Part shown: piece by piece, positions 51,128 through 64,000 of the stretch
Layout of the letters: every line of letters starts with the position of its first letter
How positions within the stretch are numbered: the stretch's first letter is position 1
Source of the DNA: Adineta vaga
Lineage: Eukaryota > Animalia > Rotifera
Assembly (NCBI GenBank): GCA_021613535.1
Contig: CP075493.1
Span: 9,486,001-9,550,000, forward strand
Reading direction: 5' to 3'
Length of the DNA stretch: 64,000 nucleotides
Notes under the pieces: model-generated
Databases searched by the model: none
What the model saw: the letters and a program-made list of their open reading frames with translations, nothing else
What the model was told of the DNA's origin: nothing
Translations under genes and position numbers: made by a program

Positions 51128-52490
51128 CTAGAATCTTATATCAAATGTATAGAATTTGTATACAAAAAAAGAAAACAAATGAATATCAGTACAATTCTGA
51201 TATCGTCAGAAAAGTTAAGTAACATTGGATAGTTTACTCGTACCATAGTAAGACAAGGATACACTAGAATGTACTATTTACTGATATATCGTTGCTAACA
51301 TTGCCAGACAGATGTTTGTTTGATTAACAAATATTGCTACAGGGATAAGGTCAAAACAACAAGAACGTTTTGTTCTGACGCTACATTTTCCATTGCTATA
51401 TCTATTTCTTCCATACACTGCGTGATCGATAATGATATGTGTTCCTCTCTCTGATATTCTCTTTTTTTCCTTTCTGCCGTTATTTTCTACAAACAGATGA
51501 TTGTACTTTTCTTATCTACTACTTTTGTCGTCTGCGTATCGATCATATGTCGGTACAATGTTTTCCTTTTAATCAACAAATTTTCTTTTTGTAATGAAAA
51601 ATTATATTACTGTTTGAGAAAGAAATAGAAGTATTCAATTAAATTCTTCTCTCTCCTTGTAATATGAACGTCGTCTATTTTCTGTAATCTTAATAATTAC
51701 AATCATCAACACTTGGTAAAATATAAATTGTCGAAAAAATACGAATATTCCATCGATGTAATATTTTCAGCTCTTTATGACGCCCACCAAAGACACTACA
51801 ACACAGAAGATTTCTACAATACACCGAGCTAACGAGAACAATCAGACTTCTATTCAATAATCAAGTCAGAGATGCACGGAGCATAAAAAGAGTTAGATTC
51901 TCACTCTGATGCCGGTGTTTTCTATTCTCGTCTATTGAGTAGAGTGAAAATCAATTATACTTATTTATACTAATGACAACACATCATATGTATATGAATG
52001 TTTCATCAATAGATTTTCGGTAGAGTCAGCTTATTAAGCATGTCGATAGATTAATTGTTACTGTTTTTATAAATTAAAAAAGTAAGATATTTGATACAAC
52101 ACGGAAATATTCATGTATTGGAACGAATTTTTGAAACATATTATGAATAAAAAATTAAAAGCTGATGATGGTATCGCATTTTTGTTCTGTTATTTGTTTT
52201 TTTTTGTTGATGTAACGTTTGAAGAATAAAAACATACGCTATTGGCAACATTAAATTTCGAGTGAAGCGATGGATAAAAGAAAAAGTGCTAGTAAAACAG
52301 CTTTGATTCTACGGCTAGAATGAGAAATAAGAACGCATCACGACGTAAAAAGTACAATGTTTTAAAGCTAAGATCAAAATTCGAAGTACCTTAATAAAAA
52401 TATGAAGGATTTCGTTTTATTTATTGCAATTATGTTCTATTTTCGGTTGTTTATTTATACTTTCTCTTGTTATGTTAGTGATAGAGTAGT

Positions 52491-53399
52491 TTATTTTTCT
52501 GTCAACGAACGTTGATGATTGAGAAAGAATTGAGTCCAAAGATATTCTTCCATATCTTTATAATAACTATGTCCTCTATTAGCCATTATATTGATGGTTA
52601 CTGAGCAATGAGCCAATTCAAATAAATCCTTCGCTTTAAGGCAACTCTCTTTATAAGCATCATCCACACCTGTAAGAATATAAATTGGTAATGGTGCAGT
52701 AAGATCTTTAGGTTGTAACATTTTTTCTTCATTGTAACGACCACCAAAACCACCGCAATGATTACAAAGAGCTGCAAATATGGTTCCACCATAATGTACA
52801 GCTACATTTGAACTAAACAAAGCACCATTTGAATAACCCATAAAATAAATTCGATCTGTATTTAATACGTTACTGTACGTAGTTTTCATATAGTTTATTA
52901 TGAAATCAAGATACTCGATATCATTCTTTGGATTTTCTATTTCCCAATACAAATCTCCAAAAGTAAGACGACCATATTGATCACGTAAAGGTCCATTCTC
53001 GTAAAAAGTACCTTGTCCTTGACCAAAAACGACAAGAAAGTTATATTGAGCAGCTAGTTTCAACCAATTAGTTCTAACGAGTGCACAATACCAAGCCGAT
53101 GAATCCAAACCATGATAAAAAATCAATAAAGGCATAGATTTGTCTTCACGCTGATGTATAAATGGTTCGTGAATGACGAAGAAACGTTCTTTGCTACTAT
53201 CTACTTGAAACGTTCGACCAAACTCACTGTGATATTCTTTGTTTTCTTGTTGACTTATATGCCACGCCCATCTTGCTTTATTAATTTGTTCATCATTACA
53301 ATCATCTCTTAACAACCGATAGTTACTCTTCAATTCATTGTCATTCGACAGATTTACTGATGTAAATTCTATTGGAGTGAAATAATCTAACCAATCCAT
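52491..53399 (-). CDS. Alpha/beta-hydrolase esterase, PHB-depolymerase/LpqC/feruloyl-esterase-C-like; intronless
   Basis: PLLIFYHG, FLVVFGQG, DIEYL, DRIYFMGYSNGA nucleophile elbow, GVDD acid, GHSY histidine. Confidence 0.85.
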   Translation of the reverse strand: MDWLDYFTPIEFTSVNLSNDNELKSNYRLLRDDCNDEQINKARWAWHISQQENKEYHSEFGRTFQVDSSKERFFVIHEPFIHQREDKSMPLLIFYHGLDSSAWYCALVRTNWLKLAAQYNFLVVFGQGQGTFYENGPLRDQYGRLTFGDLYWEIENPKNDIEYLDFIINYMKTTYSNVLNTDRIYFMGYSNGALFSSNVAVHYGGTIFAALCNHCGGFGGRYNEEKMLQPKDLTAPLPIYILTGVDDAYKESCLKAKDLFELAHCSVTINIMANRGHSYYKDMEEYLWTQFFLNHQRSLTEK

Positions 53400-53546
53400 T
53401 TTTAGTTTTTCATCTTTTTCATTTTTTTTTATAGTTTAGACATTGCGTAATTTCACATATTGTTACTAAACTTATGAAACAAAATGACATCACTGTTCGA
53501 TTCAATTCAATTCATTACACCTATTTTTTTCCATTCTTTTCGTTTT

Positions 53547-54112
53547 TTATTGACAAATAATCAAAAGAAGAATATTTATTATTAATAAACAAGGGTATAT
53601 AACAAGACATTTCGCATTATTATACCAAAAATTGCCACCAGTTGCATACCATCCTTGACTACCTGGTGTATAACGATTCGAAGGTCGTTGGTAATTATTA
53701 TTTATATTCGCACTTTGCCAGCCATTATTAGTGTTAGGTAAATAATTTTGTGCTTGATTCGAATTGATAAAGTATCTCGAATTGGGATCGTAACTTATTT
53801 GTGCAATCCCACTTCCACCATTTACACTATTACCACTCGATAAAAAAGTGCCATAATTCGGATCAGATCCAGCTCCTAGACATAAAATACGAACATAGTG
53901 ATTTGAACAAAAAAAAAACTAAAAGGATTTTCACCATAATATGCTGTGCCTGGAATAGAACCACTTGGAGCATTTAACCAAGCATTGTGACGTTGATTGT
54001 AAGATCTAGGATTAGCTGAAAGATTTATTTGACGACGATGACGTTGAATAGATACAGCAATAGATGTACCGAAAGAGAGTATAATGAAAAATAGTAGAGT
54101 TAAATTATACAT
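53547..54112 (-). CDS. Small secreted, probably GPI-anchored Asn/Gly/Tyr/Trp-rich protein (2 exons)
   Basis: Signal peptide MYNLTLLFFIILSFGTSIA, RHRR site, phase-1 intron ~53876-53935, C-terminus WYNNAKCLVIYPCLLIINILLLIICQ*. Confidence 0.75.
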
Positions 54113-54527
54113 TAGATTTGTATGCGAATATATATATATATCGGTCAAGATGGTAGACAGGTCACTTTTGTTTCTGTAGTAGTCCTAGTATTGAATGAGA
54201 AATAAAAAGAATATAACTACTGTTCTTCTTCATTCATTCATTCTTTCTTCCATTTTATACCTTCTTGAAACTCACAGAAAAGAAAAAGAAAAAGAAAAAG
54301 AAAACTATAGTTATAATATTGCCGTCGTCTTGTTCTTATGCTTGAAAGGTTACGACCGTTCTAATGACTATTATAGAGAAATGACGTAGTATATGGCAAT
54401 ATTAAAAGAAAAATCTGAAGTACATATAAATGATTGTTTCATATGACGGCATTTTAGTGATTTATTTAGATTTGAATTTGTAAAAAAATAAATTCACGAC
54501 AAGAATAAAAACAAAACAAGATTTTTA

Positions 54528-57500
54528 TCAGATTCGATTGAGCTCAATCATTTTTTGAACTTTTCTTATGAGTATTCGTTGCGATCCTAATGTAATCGAT
54601 TTAGTTCCTTTACACATTTTCAATTGATCATCACGTAATGCTGTTGAACATTCTTTTGTATGAAATATATGCATCAAACTATCATCAATTGTGCGAAAGA
54701 CAGTTAGACTTGCTGATTGAACTAATTTATCATAAATTTCTACATCTTCTTTACCCCAACCACTAATTTCGACATTCCAACTACCAATTTGTCCTAAATC
54801 AGCTTTATAAATTCCCAACATACCAAAACCATATTGACGCCAATAACCGATATCATCTTGAATATGAAATGAAGTAAAATTCGATTGAATTTTTGATTTT
54901 TCCCAATAATTTGGATCGTATTGACTGAAAATAATTGGAAAATAAACTTGTTTATTGAAAATAGTATGATGACGTATACGTGGAAATAGAGTGCGTGTAA
55001 AAACCATATCCAAATCAATAAAAAACAATAGATCTGTATCATTGAATCGTGACGCACCAAAAGATCGTGCAAAACCTCGTGTAAAATTACCATTTCCAAC
55101 TTCAATTAAATGTATACGTGGTACTTGATATCGTTTTAAATATTTCTTAACATAATCAGCAATGAGCGACATTCGTTCACCACTATCTTCTGCTGTTTCC
55201 ATTAGAATTATGTAAAGATGTACATTGAGAAGATCCGATTCATTTGAACGCATAACAACATGATCAAAATTTGTTAATAATCGTTTCAGTGTTGGAAGTC
55301 GACCACTCACCGGTACAATCATGTTAATAGGTATTGATGACGAAAGCACATTTTTATGCGTTGAATCAATTCCAAAATTAGATAATATTGCACTTGAATA
55401 TGATGAAGAAATTTCACGAAAATAAAGCGGACGAAATCTTTGCACAACATAAACACGTTTTCGTACGGGAACCTAAAACATATTCAATGTGACTTGCACT
55501 TTGAAAATTTATCTCTGAACTTACCGACATTTTTCTTCCGAGATATTTTCGATAAATAAGAAATAGATCAAGAATATAATTCATACCATATTTTGGTTCA
55601 TATTTATAATATCCATATAGAGTTTTTCTATATTCTAAAAATCGACCCATATTTCGAGAAATCTTATTTACTTCTTCCATATAGGTTCGAACGACTTCAT
55701 CAAAACATTGTTTATATGCTGGTTCAATTGATCGGACAGGTAATTCGTTATTTGCTGCATATTGACTAGCAGTAAATAAAGTATAAATACCTGGTGGAAT
55801 TTTTTCTTTATCAACTATTTTCGAATGATTAGCTAGATTAGACTTCAATATCGATCGAATGGATTCAGGTAAAGGATGAAATGATCGACTGAAATATTCA
55901 TGTAAAACAGTTCGTAATTGACGATCTAAAGAAAGAATAATTTCGAAGACAAAAAATTGAAAAGAATTCATATCATACCGAGAGTTGATGGTTGATGATT
56001 ATTGAGATTGAATAATTCATGTGTTTTATTATACAATGCCATCATCTGTTCAACAATATATTGATCGGAATTACTTAACATTTGATAGAATTGTATTTTA
56101 TTCTTTGGATTCATTTTCGGTTTTTGACTTTTCATTTGATTTTCTATACTTAAAATCTTATCATAAATATCCATTTGATGACGTAATAACATTTTTCGTT
56201 GTTCAAGTTCAATAATTCGTCGTTGTAATGCAAAATTATGTACACGTGTAAATACGCGTATATCTTTTATCGAATGAAGACTAACAGCACGTAATATATC
56301 TGTTGAAACTAAATTTCGTACTCTATAACCATCGGTTTTATTCGGATGATTATAGAGAACATGTTGCATTTCATATGACCATGTACATGATGTATTCGCA
56401 TATTTATGTACACATCGGCCAAGTTCAACATCTTCATGATATGTATAAAAATTTTTTAAACAATTTTTTATATATGGTGTAAAACGAGCTAAAGTTTCAC
56501 GTGATAAAATAATACCTGGTCCACCCATACAGAAATTTTCATTTTCACCTAAAGCTAATTTACCATATTCTTCTTTTGTTCCCATACCAGGTTGACCAAT
56601 GTAATATGGTTTACCTGTATAATAAAAACATGAATAAATATTTTCTGAAAGAAAAACTAAACGATTCTTACTTACGATTATCAATTGAACGGAGTAATTT
56701 TTCTAAATTATCCGTTCGAATATAAACATCATCATCAACACGCATAAACCATTCGAATTTATTCAAGTAATGATCATAAATATATTTCATCATGAGAAAA
56801 GATTTCTTTTGTGGAGGATATGTATCTGTTACGGATGGTAAACTAACAAGATTAATACTTGAATCATTCGTTACTGAACCTTCACTCGAGAAAAATATTA
56901 CTTCTCCAGGTACTTTTTTAGCCCATGTACGCATTACAGTTGGTGCACGTGTAGTTAGAAAATCTTTACTTGTCATAACAGCTATGAGAATTAATTGTTT
57001 ATTTTCGGATACACGTGGTAAATTAATTGGTGCGATTAATAATGTATTCGTTCGATTGGTATTTGAATTTTGTAGAAGATCAATTTCATCAGTTATACAT
57101 CGTTTAATATTACAAACAAAAACAAGACCAACTTGATAACCAATAACAACAGATAGAAGTAAAAGCATTAACGATAACCACCAGGTTGGACCACGAATAT
57201 TGCTAACAATACGATTATTAACCAGTGATGGATGATTTTGACGAATTGTCTTTTTCGATGTCGGGTGAATATTGATCGAATCCTTCGAAGAGAAAAAAAA
57301 AGGCGAAATGACAAATTTCTATTTATAAAAAAATTCATTCAAATTTTCGAAAGAAAAAAGCAATAAACTTACATTAGATGTATTCGATAATAAATCTAAC
57401 TCGATTATTTTACTTTTCTTATTAGTAGAATAGATATAGTTTGAATTATAACCCGATAATCTTTGATGAAAATGTCGATTGTATCCAAGAGAATTTTCGA

Positions 57501-57528
57501 TAGATTGAAAAGTTTTTAAAAAAGCCAT
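54528..57528 (-). CDS. CHSY1: Chondroitin sulfate synthase 1-like
   Basis: TM anchor; YPPQKKSF, WFMRVDDDVYI, FCMGGPG, HEDVELGRC, TCTWSYEM-like, YILDL, FFIDLD, VYFPIIFSQY, GWGKEDV. Confidence 0.93.
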
Positions 57529-60347
57529 AGGAAATTTGTTTCGTATCGAGGTAGAAGTACTAGTAGCCGAAAATAAATGACGATCGTCGATGATAAGAAC
57601 ATGTCATATACAAACGAAACGTTTTTCTTTTTTTTCTAATCTGAATAGATTAAAAAAAATGAAATATTTTCATAGATAATCGTTGTCGATAGGTGGTCAT
57701 ATTCATTGAATATAAAAGTACTCAGTATGATAGCTTGCTCGAATTATTTACATACGAACAACAGCCGAGGAAAAAAACCCCTGTGATAATATTCAGCTTA
57801 ATCAATAGTAGAAAGAAAGGAATGAGAAAAACTGTATTTCTTAATGTAACAGTTTGCTTTTTTGGCATCCTCACATATGCGCAAACGAATGTAAAATTCT
57901 GTCCAGGTAGGAACATTTAACAGAAACGTAAATGTTCGATGACGATTCTTTAACTAGATACTTTTTGTACGCTTGTAATTCTGAAATTAGAATTGAAATT
58001 TTCCCATTCAATGATATGATTAATTAAAAAAATTGTTTTGCTATTCGAAATTTATGCTTTAAAACTGATAGAAACAACAAAAATAAAGTTGCAAAAACGA
58101 AAAAAGGTAAGATTAGACAGAGAAAAAATAAACCGTTTCTCGATAGCCAAATATGTGCATAAATTACGAAGACTTTCAAGTCTCGTAATATTAGCAAACA
58201 AAAAGCTCAAAAGTAAACTAAAATTCTTTATTAAGCATTCATATTTTTTTCATTTTATTCCGTAATGTAATTATGAAATCTGAGTATAATTAAAATTTCA
58301 GTTCTTTTTTTGTCTACGAACAATCAATAAACTATGTCAACGAACGTTGATCATATCGATTTCTTTCAAATTTGTCTAATCAAATATTTTCAATCTCGTC
58401 ATATCAATATGAAACATACTGTATAATAAAACTACGATGGATCCAAGACAATAGTTATGAAATTTTACTAACCTGTTTAGTTGAATTCTGAATGGATGTG
58501 ATGATTACATTGTTAAATTTTGTTGTTTTGGGTACAATTTTGGCCATATCACCATCAACAAGGCATTATACTTTGGTCCGAAAAAAGAAAGAAATTGAAA
58601 ATAATTACAAAGATCAATTGTCTATGTATATGCGTATACAAATAGGAGAAAAAGATAGATATCTATCATAATCTATTCTCATTCTTCTCCGACACAAAAG
58701 CGATAACCTAAACAAATCTTTTTACATATATATATATCCGGATAATAATAAATATCAGTCGATCATATCGAGAAATAATTACTTTTGTTTATCATTAAGC
58801 ATGTTAGAACATTGTTCTATCAAAGATATTCATAGTTTTCTTTGGTGATTATATCAGTAAAGCTTTACGTTTTTTCTTCTTCTTTATTCTATGTTAATAT
58901 TGTTCTTAAATTATTTTTCTTTTTGCAAACGAATCTTATTGACTTTGGTTGACTGCTATATACATTCGTTTAAATAATATTTCTTTTCTAAATCCTTATA
59001 ATCATACAGTTTGTATGAGAGAGAGACATAGAGTTGGTTACTATTTTCTCACTTCTCTCGAGAAACTGACGAAACATTTGACTTTTTTTCTCTTAATGAG
59101 AAAAGAAGAAACCTGAAAATAACGACGATGACAACGAATATTTATAGATTAATTTTACTTTTTGATCTAAATGTGATTTATTCAAGTAATATTTTATTAC
59201 TTGTGAATTTAAGGTTATATGTATCCAATCTTTTCAGTTTGTGCAAAACATCTCGTTAGAAGTATATTCGATAGAAATATTAAAATTAGAATAGATTTAT
59301 CTAGTGTTGAAAACTATTTTATAGGGTTAAGAATCTTTTCATTACGTAGATTACAAAGATCTCGATATGTGTAAGAAAAAATTACTCACCTATCAGAATT
59401 ATTGCCTGATAATGATGACATTTAGTAACTGAATCTGCACTAATCTAATATACAGAAGAAGAAGAGGAAAGAACAAATACAAGATTTTGCTTCAAAACGA
59501 AATGTGTTTTTCATGTTTTTTAAAGTATCATAAACTTGCGTGAAGATTATGTGTAAAAAATATACATAAATATGTACTAAGCACGATAAAGAAGAAAAAA
59601 AAACTTCAATTAAAACTATATGATATTGAAAGACTGTCATATTCTAGCAGCATTTTGATTTCGATGTCAGATAAAGAAAGTATTAACAAAGATCTCGATA
59701 TTTACAAGACATACTTCTGTTTCGACAGTTGAATATTATAAGATCAGATGTTTTATGATGATCGAAGTCAACGAATTTGCATGATATTAATGGAGATGTA
59801 TAATATTAGGGAGAATACTGTCTTCATGTTTCGATTAAAGAAAAATAAAGTAGAATAAATCTGTCGTCTCAAATATCGTTGGCATTGTTTTTTTTTCTAC
59901 TTATATTTCCTCATAGGTGAGCTAACATTGAGAAGTAAGTAGTGAATTTCTTTTGTTTTATTCGATCAACTTCATAATAAAGTCAGCTTTTTTATTAATC
60001 AATAAAAATGAAAATTTTTCTTCGCTGTTGTGTCAATAAAATCTGAGCTATTTTTTTTTGCTTTTTCTATCGATTTATTTTACTAAAACAAACTGAAGGA
60101 CGCGAAAAAAAATGTACGTAAAAAATGTAACTTTACTACACTTAACGACATAGACACACACACACACACACTTAAGAAATAAAAACAAAGAGATTAAGAT
60201 TATGATAATAGGAAATACATAGAAATAAAACAATCTCACTGCTTAGAAATTATGTTAATGAACTTTTTTTTTCTATACATATGCTGTTTGATAAATTATC
60301 ACGAAGAGGAATCAGACAGATATACTACTGTCGTTTCTATCAACGAG

Positions 60348-63339
60348 TTATAAATGACTAATTTGTGATTTACGAAGTGATAGAATTGTTGATGTATTTC
60401 GTTGTGGTGTTTGAGGCGCTAGAGCAGGACGAGGAATACTCGATTTACGTGGTGGAACAGGCTACCGATTTATGATTAGTCGTTGTTGGCATAACTTTAC
60501 TTTTATTTAATGAAGTATATGGCATTGATGAATTTGTTGATTTGGTTTGTTTAGATATCTGTAAATTTGAAGTTGAAGGTGGAGAAAGTGCAGATTTCGT
60601 CGATGATGAAGATTGTGGTTGGGTATATGTACGAAATGATACCATAGGTTTCTTTAATATTGGTGATTGTTTGGAACGATTATAAGTCGTATTGGTCATG
60701 ACAATTGGTTTAGATTTTATGGTACTTGGTACTTTATTAGATTTATTAAAATTCGCTAGAAATGTCGATGATGGTGGTGAAAAATCTGTATCATCTAAGC
60801 CAATCGATTCAGATTTAGAGGTGATTGATAATGAACTAGTGCTTCGATGTTCTACAGAAAGAAATCAATGATCGATTATTATTAGAAGAACAGTTACCTT
60901 CGCGTTTAGTTGGTATAATGAAACTTTTACTCATAGGTTGTTGTTGTTGGTGTCGTTGATAATTGATTGCATCGATTGTTCTATATGAAAGATTGCCATA
61001 TGCTTTGATCTGTTTTCTTGGTAGTGGTGTTGAAGCAGTGATAGTTGGTGATTTGATTTGATTGACTTTTTTATTGAAAGGTTCAACTGAATCTAAACAT
61101 TGTATATTGGTCGGTTTTAATTTTGGTGGTGCTGGTATTAATGTTGCTCGTCGAACAGGTTCTTTGATTTGTGATGGTGATTGAATTGAAGAAGAATTTT
61201 GTGGAGAAGATTCATTGAGAACACGTTCAAGTCGTTGACGTAATTCATCCATGTAACTAGCTGATTTAATTGGAGATTTTCCATTATGTTTCTCTTCTTC
61301 TAAGTCGTCATCATCATCATCATCATCATCCTCGTCGCCGTCATCGTCATTGTCATTATTTCCTAAACCACATAGGGAAATTTTATGTCTACCTATCTGA
61401 CAAGAAAAACATTATTTACCTGATGTAGTCGAATGAAGTGCATAGTAATGATTGTGAAGTATGTGTGTTCGATTTTCGTGAATAGTTACATCACTATTAT
61501 GTTGTTGTTCAATTGGTATTTCTGATGGAGTAAGACAAATCGTAGCGAAACGACCTTGAAAGATAAATTTTATAAATATAATTGATAATGAATGTTACAT
61601 TCTTTTGGGAATAAGTTTATCAATCTCAGACATCGACGATTTTACAAGGTAAACTCGACATCAAAATATGTCTATTGTATGTTCATCGTTATTCTTCTTA
61701 CCTGTTAGACGATATGCACTCATTGCTTGTTCCATAAATGAATAATTCACTTTCAATTGTTGTCCAAACTAAATAATAAGATTTGTGTTACCTATGTTAC
61801 TTAGAAAGCACAATAGTTATACTTTAGCTATACGAATATTCATAATCCATCGATCGAATTCATTTTTTGTATCTACACACATGTATTTTATATATTTCGA
61901 ACTCTTCTTTTGAATTAATGGATGCTACAAATGAAGATTCATTCGTTAGTAATTATATGAAAAAGGATTAAATGTTAAATAACCTTCAATGCAAAACAAA
62001 AGTCACTAGGTGATTTGAATTTTTTTTTCCATTCTAATCCAAAAAATAATTCAACGTTTTCAAATTTAGCCAAACAAACAAGATCCTTCTAAAATTTTGA
62101 ATCAAAATAACGACAAAGAAAAAGAAAAGAGATTTACTTACTTTGCTTTTGCCTTTTGGTACAAAATAAAGACCTGATGAACGAAGTACACAGAAATGTT
62201 TTTTCCATGATTTACGGGATTTTTCTTTCAAATAAATATTTCCTTCGATATCAGGTGCATGAAATAAATCGTCAATAGATGATATTGTATGAAAGAAATT
62301 ATATTTTTCAAAACGTTTAGTAAAACTTAATCGATTTGATGATATTGTTGGCCACATAAGAATAGCTTCTGTTAATATATGATGATCTTCAAAAATACGT
62401 TCTAAAACATTCAGATAGGTTAAAATATCTTTCAATAGAATAGTTTAAAATACCCATATGAAGATCAGGTAAAACTTCGATAAGAACATAATTAATATCA
62501 GGTTCACGATGATTTTTATGAATAAGTAAAAGAAGAACATCACGTATTAACATTAAATCATCAATAAATATACTTTTTGTTGAACCATCATCATTGTATG
62601 TTCGAATAAGAATTTTTGATGAATGTTCAGAATGAGATAATACTGAGTCATTCGAATCAAGAATCATTTTTGGTGTTTCTTTTAATGAATCATTCAATGG
62701 TATCATTGAACGATAGATCATCTATATGAAAACAAAATTCAAATTCACTTTCTAATGAATATATATAATGATTCATACTGTTTCATCAGGATTTGATACG
62801 ACAACTTTTTCAGTTGATCCACTATCACTAAATGCTGAATCACAATCATCTGTATTGTTAGTTGTACATTTTGATGTAAATCCTGCATTTGAATGATGAA
62901 TATTGGATGTACTATATAGAGGATACGATTCAGTACCAATCTCATCACCAAGTCCACTTGAACAAGCACTTGAATCTGAAGATCGTTGCTGTTGTTGAAC
63001 TGCTTGAGACTCTAGTTGTGTCATCGCACAATCATTAATTGTTAATGTTAAACTAGCTAAAGCAGCTTCAAGTTGATCTTCAAGTGTACGAAGTTCATGA
63101 ACACAACCATTCGTAGAAAAAGATGAAGGAGATTTGATTGATGTTGATGGATAATAATTCATATTGAATTTTGTATTTGATAATTGTTTTTGTTCGGTTT
63201 CATCAAATTCAACTTGAATATCTCGTAATTCATTGAGAATCGCATCAAGTTCAGGTGAATCGTCTTCGTCTATCAGATAAAGAGAAAATGAAAATGAATC
63301 AATCTTGTCTATTCTTTTAACCTTCACATACTTACTCAT
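60348..63339 (-). CDS. MRL-family adaptor (RIAM/lamellipodin/MIG-10/Pico-like) with RA and PH domains
   Basis: ELDAILNEL helix, [11 protein letters not shown] ([20 protein letters not shown]|ERIFEDH), PH ([41 protein letters not shown]), Pro-rich tail. 3' end inferred. Confidence 0.85.
61304..61357 (-). repeat. (GAT)n-rich coding repeat giving a poly-Asp tract in the MRL protein
   Basis: tcatcatcat... run on the + strand inside the predicted exon. Confidence 0.7.
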
Positions 63340-64000
63340 GGAAAAAATTGCTTACTCGTTAGGATTGTTCGTTTGCTCCTCCGGAACAATATTTAGTATG
63401 TAATAATGATCTTTCTTTCTCTTCTTCCTCGTTTATATAGAGATATGTATGTATTTTCTGATTGACGATTAAGATAGACAAAAGAAAAAGCAAATGACGT
63501 GTGTGTTCACACATCTAACTCAAACGGAAACAGTTGTATTCTCTTTCCTTTTCCTAACAGAACATCGAGTGCAATACTGGCATAGTTATGTAAGATAAAC
63601 AGACTACTACTATTGTATCAGCACCGTTCGTCAAACGAGATGATGATGATGATGACGACAAAACTTTGAAATAATACTTTCTATCAGACAAGAGAAGATT
63701 GTCAATTGAATGGCACGCATGCAAGCATGGATCTATTCGACGTCATCATCTTGATCATTTACATTTTTTATTCAAGCTTAAGTTTCTATGATATGTTAGT
63801 TGGCAAACGGAAATTAATGAATTATATATTGGTAGAATACCCTTTTTTTTCCTAACAGCATGACTGACCTTCCAAGGACATATTTTATAACAATGGCAGC
63901 AATAGATTAAGATGAACAATAATAATGATGTAATCATTAGTTTTAGATTTCATTTAATTATACTAGACAAGAATACACTCTCGTCAGTAGTCAAATCATC

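Noticed and set aside
58493-58672. Plus-strand 59-aa ORF with a hydrophobic start (MDVMITLLNFVVLG...)
   Set aside because: Better explained as the antisense of the candidate CHSY1 alternative first exon; runs into low-complexity sequence.
1142-63937. Many short 60-130 aa ORFs antisense to or overlapping real exons, or in AT-rich spacers (e.g. 1142-1378, 4733-5080, 16172-17121, 43388-43932, 57693-58265, 63755-63937)
   Set aside because: F/I/K/L-rich composition typical of random AT-rich frames or shadows of true exons; no motifs.

Overview
AT-rich eukaryotic (metazoan) genomic DNA, gene-dense, with many ~45-60 nt GT-AG introns. The small introns, NHL-repeat/polycystin fusion and interspersed non-metazoan-looking enzymes point to a bdelloid rotifer (inference, not proven). 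About 21 protein-coding genes plus one tRNA-Gly(TCC) can be reconstructed by hand: a membrane-anchored carbohydrate-binding-like protein, a ~10 kb polycystin-1-like gene with two N-terminal NHL propellers, FAM124-like, a secreted multi-EGF protein, a multipass membrane protein, a peptide GPCR, GH27 alpha-galactosidase, an EGF/ZP-C membrane protein, a triple cold-shock-domain protein, CCDC51/MITOK, two small tandem ORFs, DNA polymerase lambda, NEK4-like, CCDC113, FGFRL1-like, an orphan membrane protein, an SLC22 transporter, a bacterial-type esterase, a GPI-type low-complexity protein, CHSY1 and an MRL (RA-PH) adaptor. The best novelty candidates are the bacterial-like triple-CSD protein with a mitochondrial-type presequence directly downstream of CCDC51, the NHL-polycystin chimera, the tandem two-ORF unit, the ZP-C-only protein and several horizontal-transfer candidates. 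No CRISPR, rRNA or clear transposon was seen. All exon boundaries are manual predictions.
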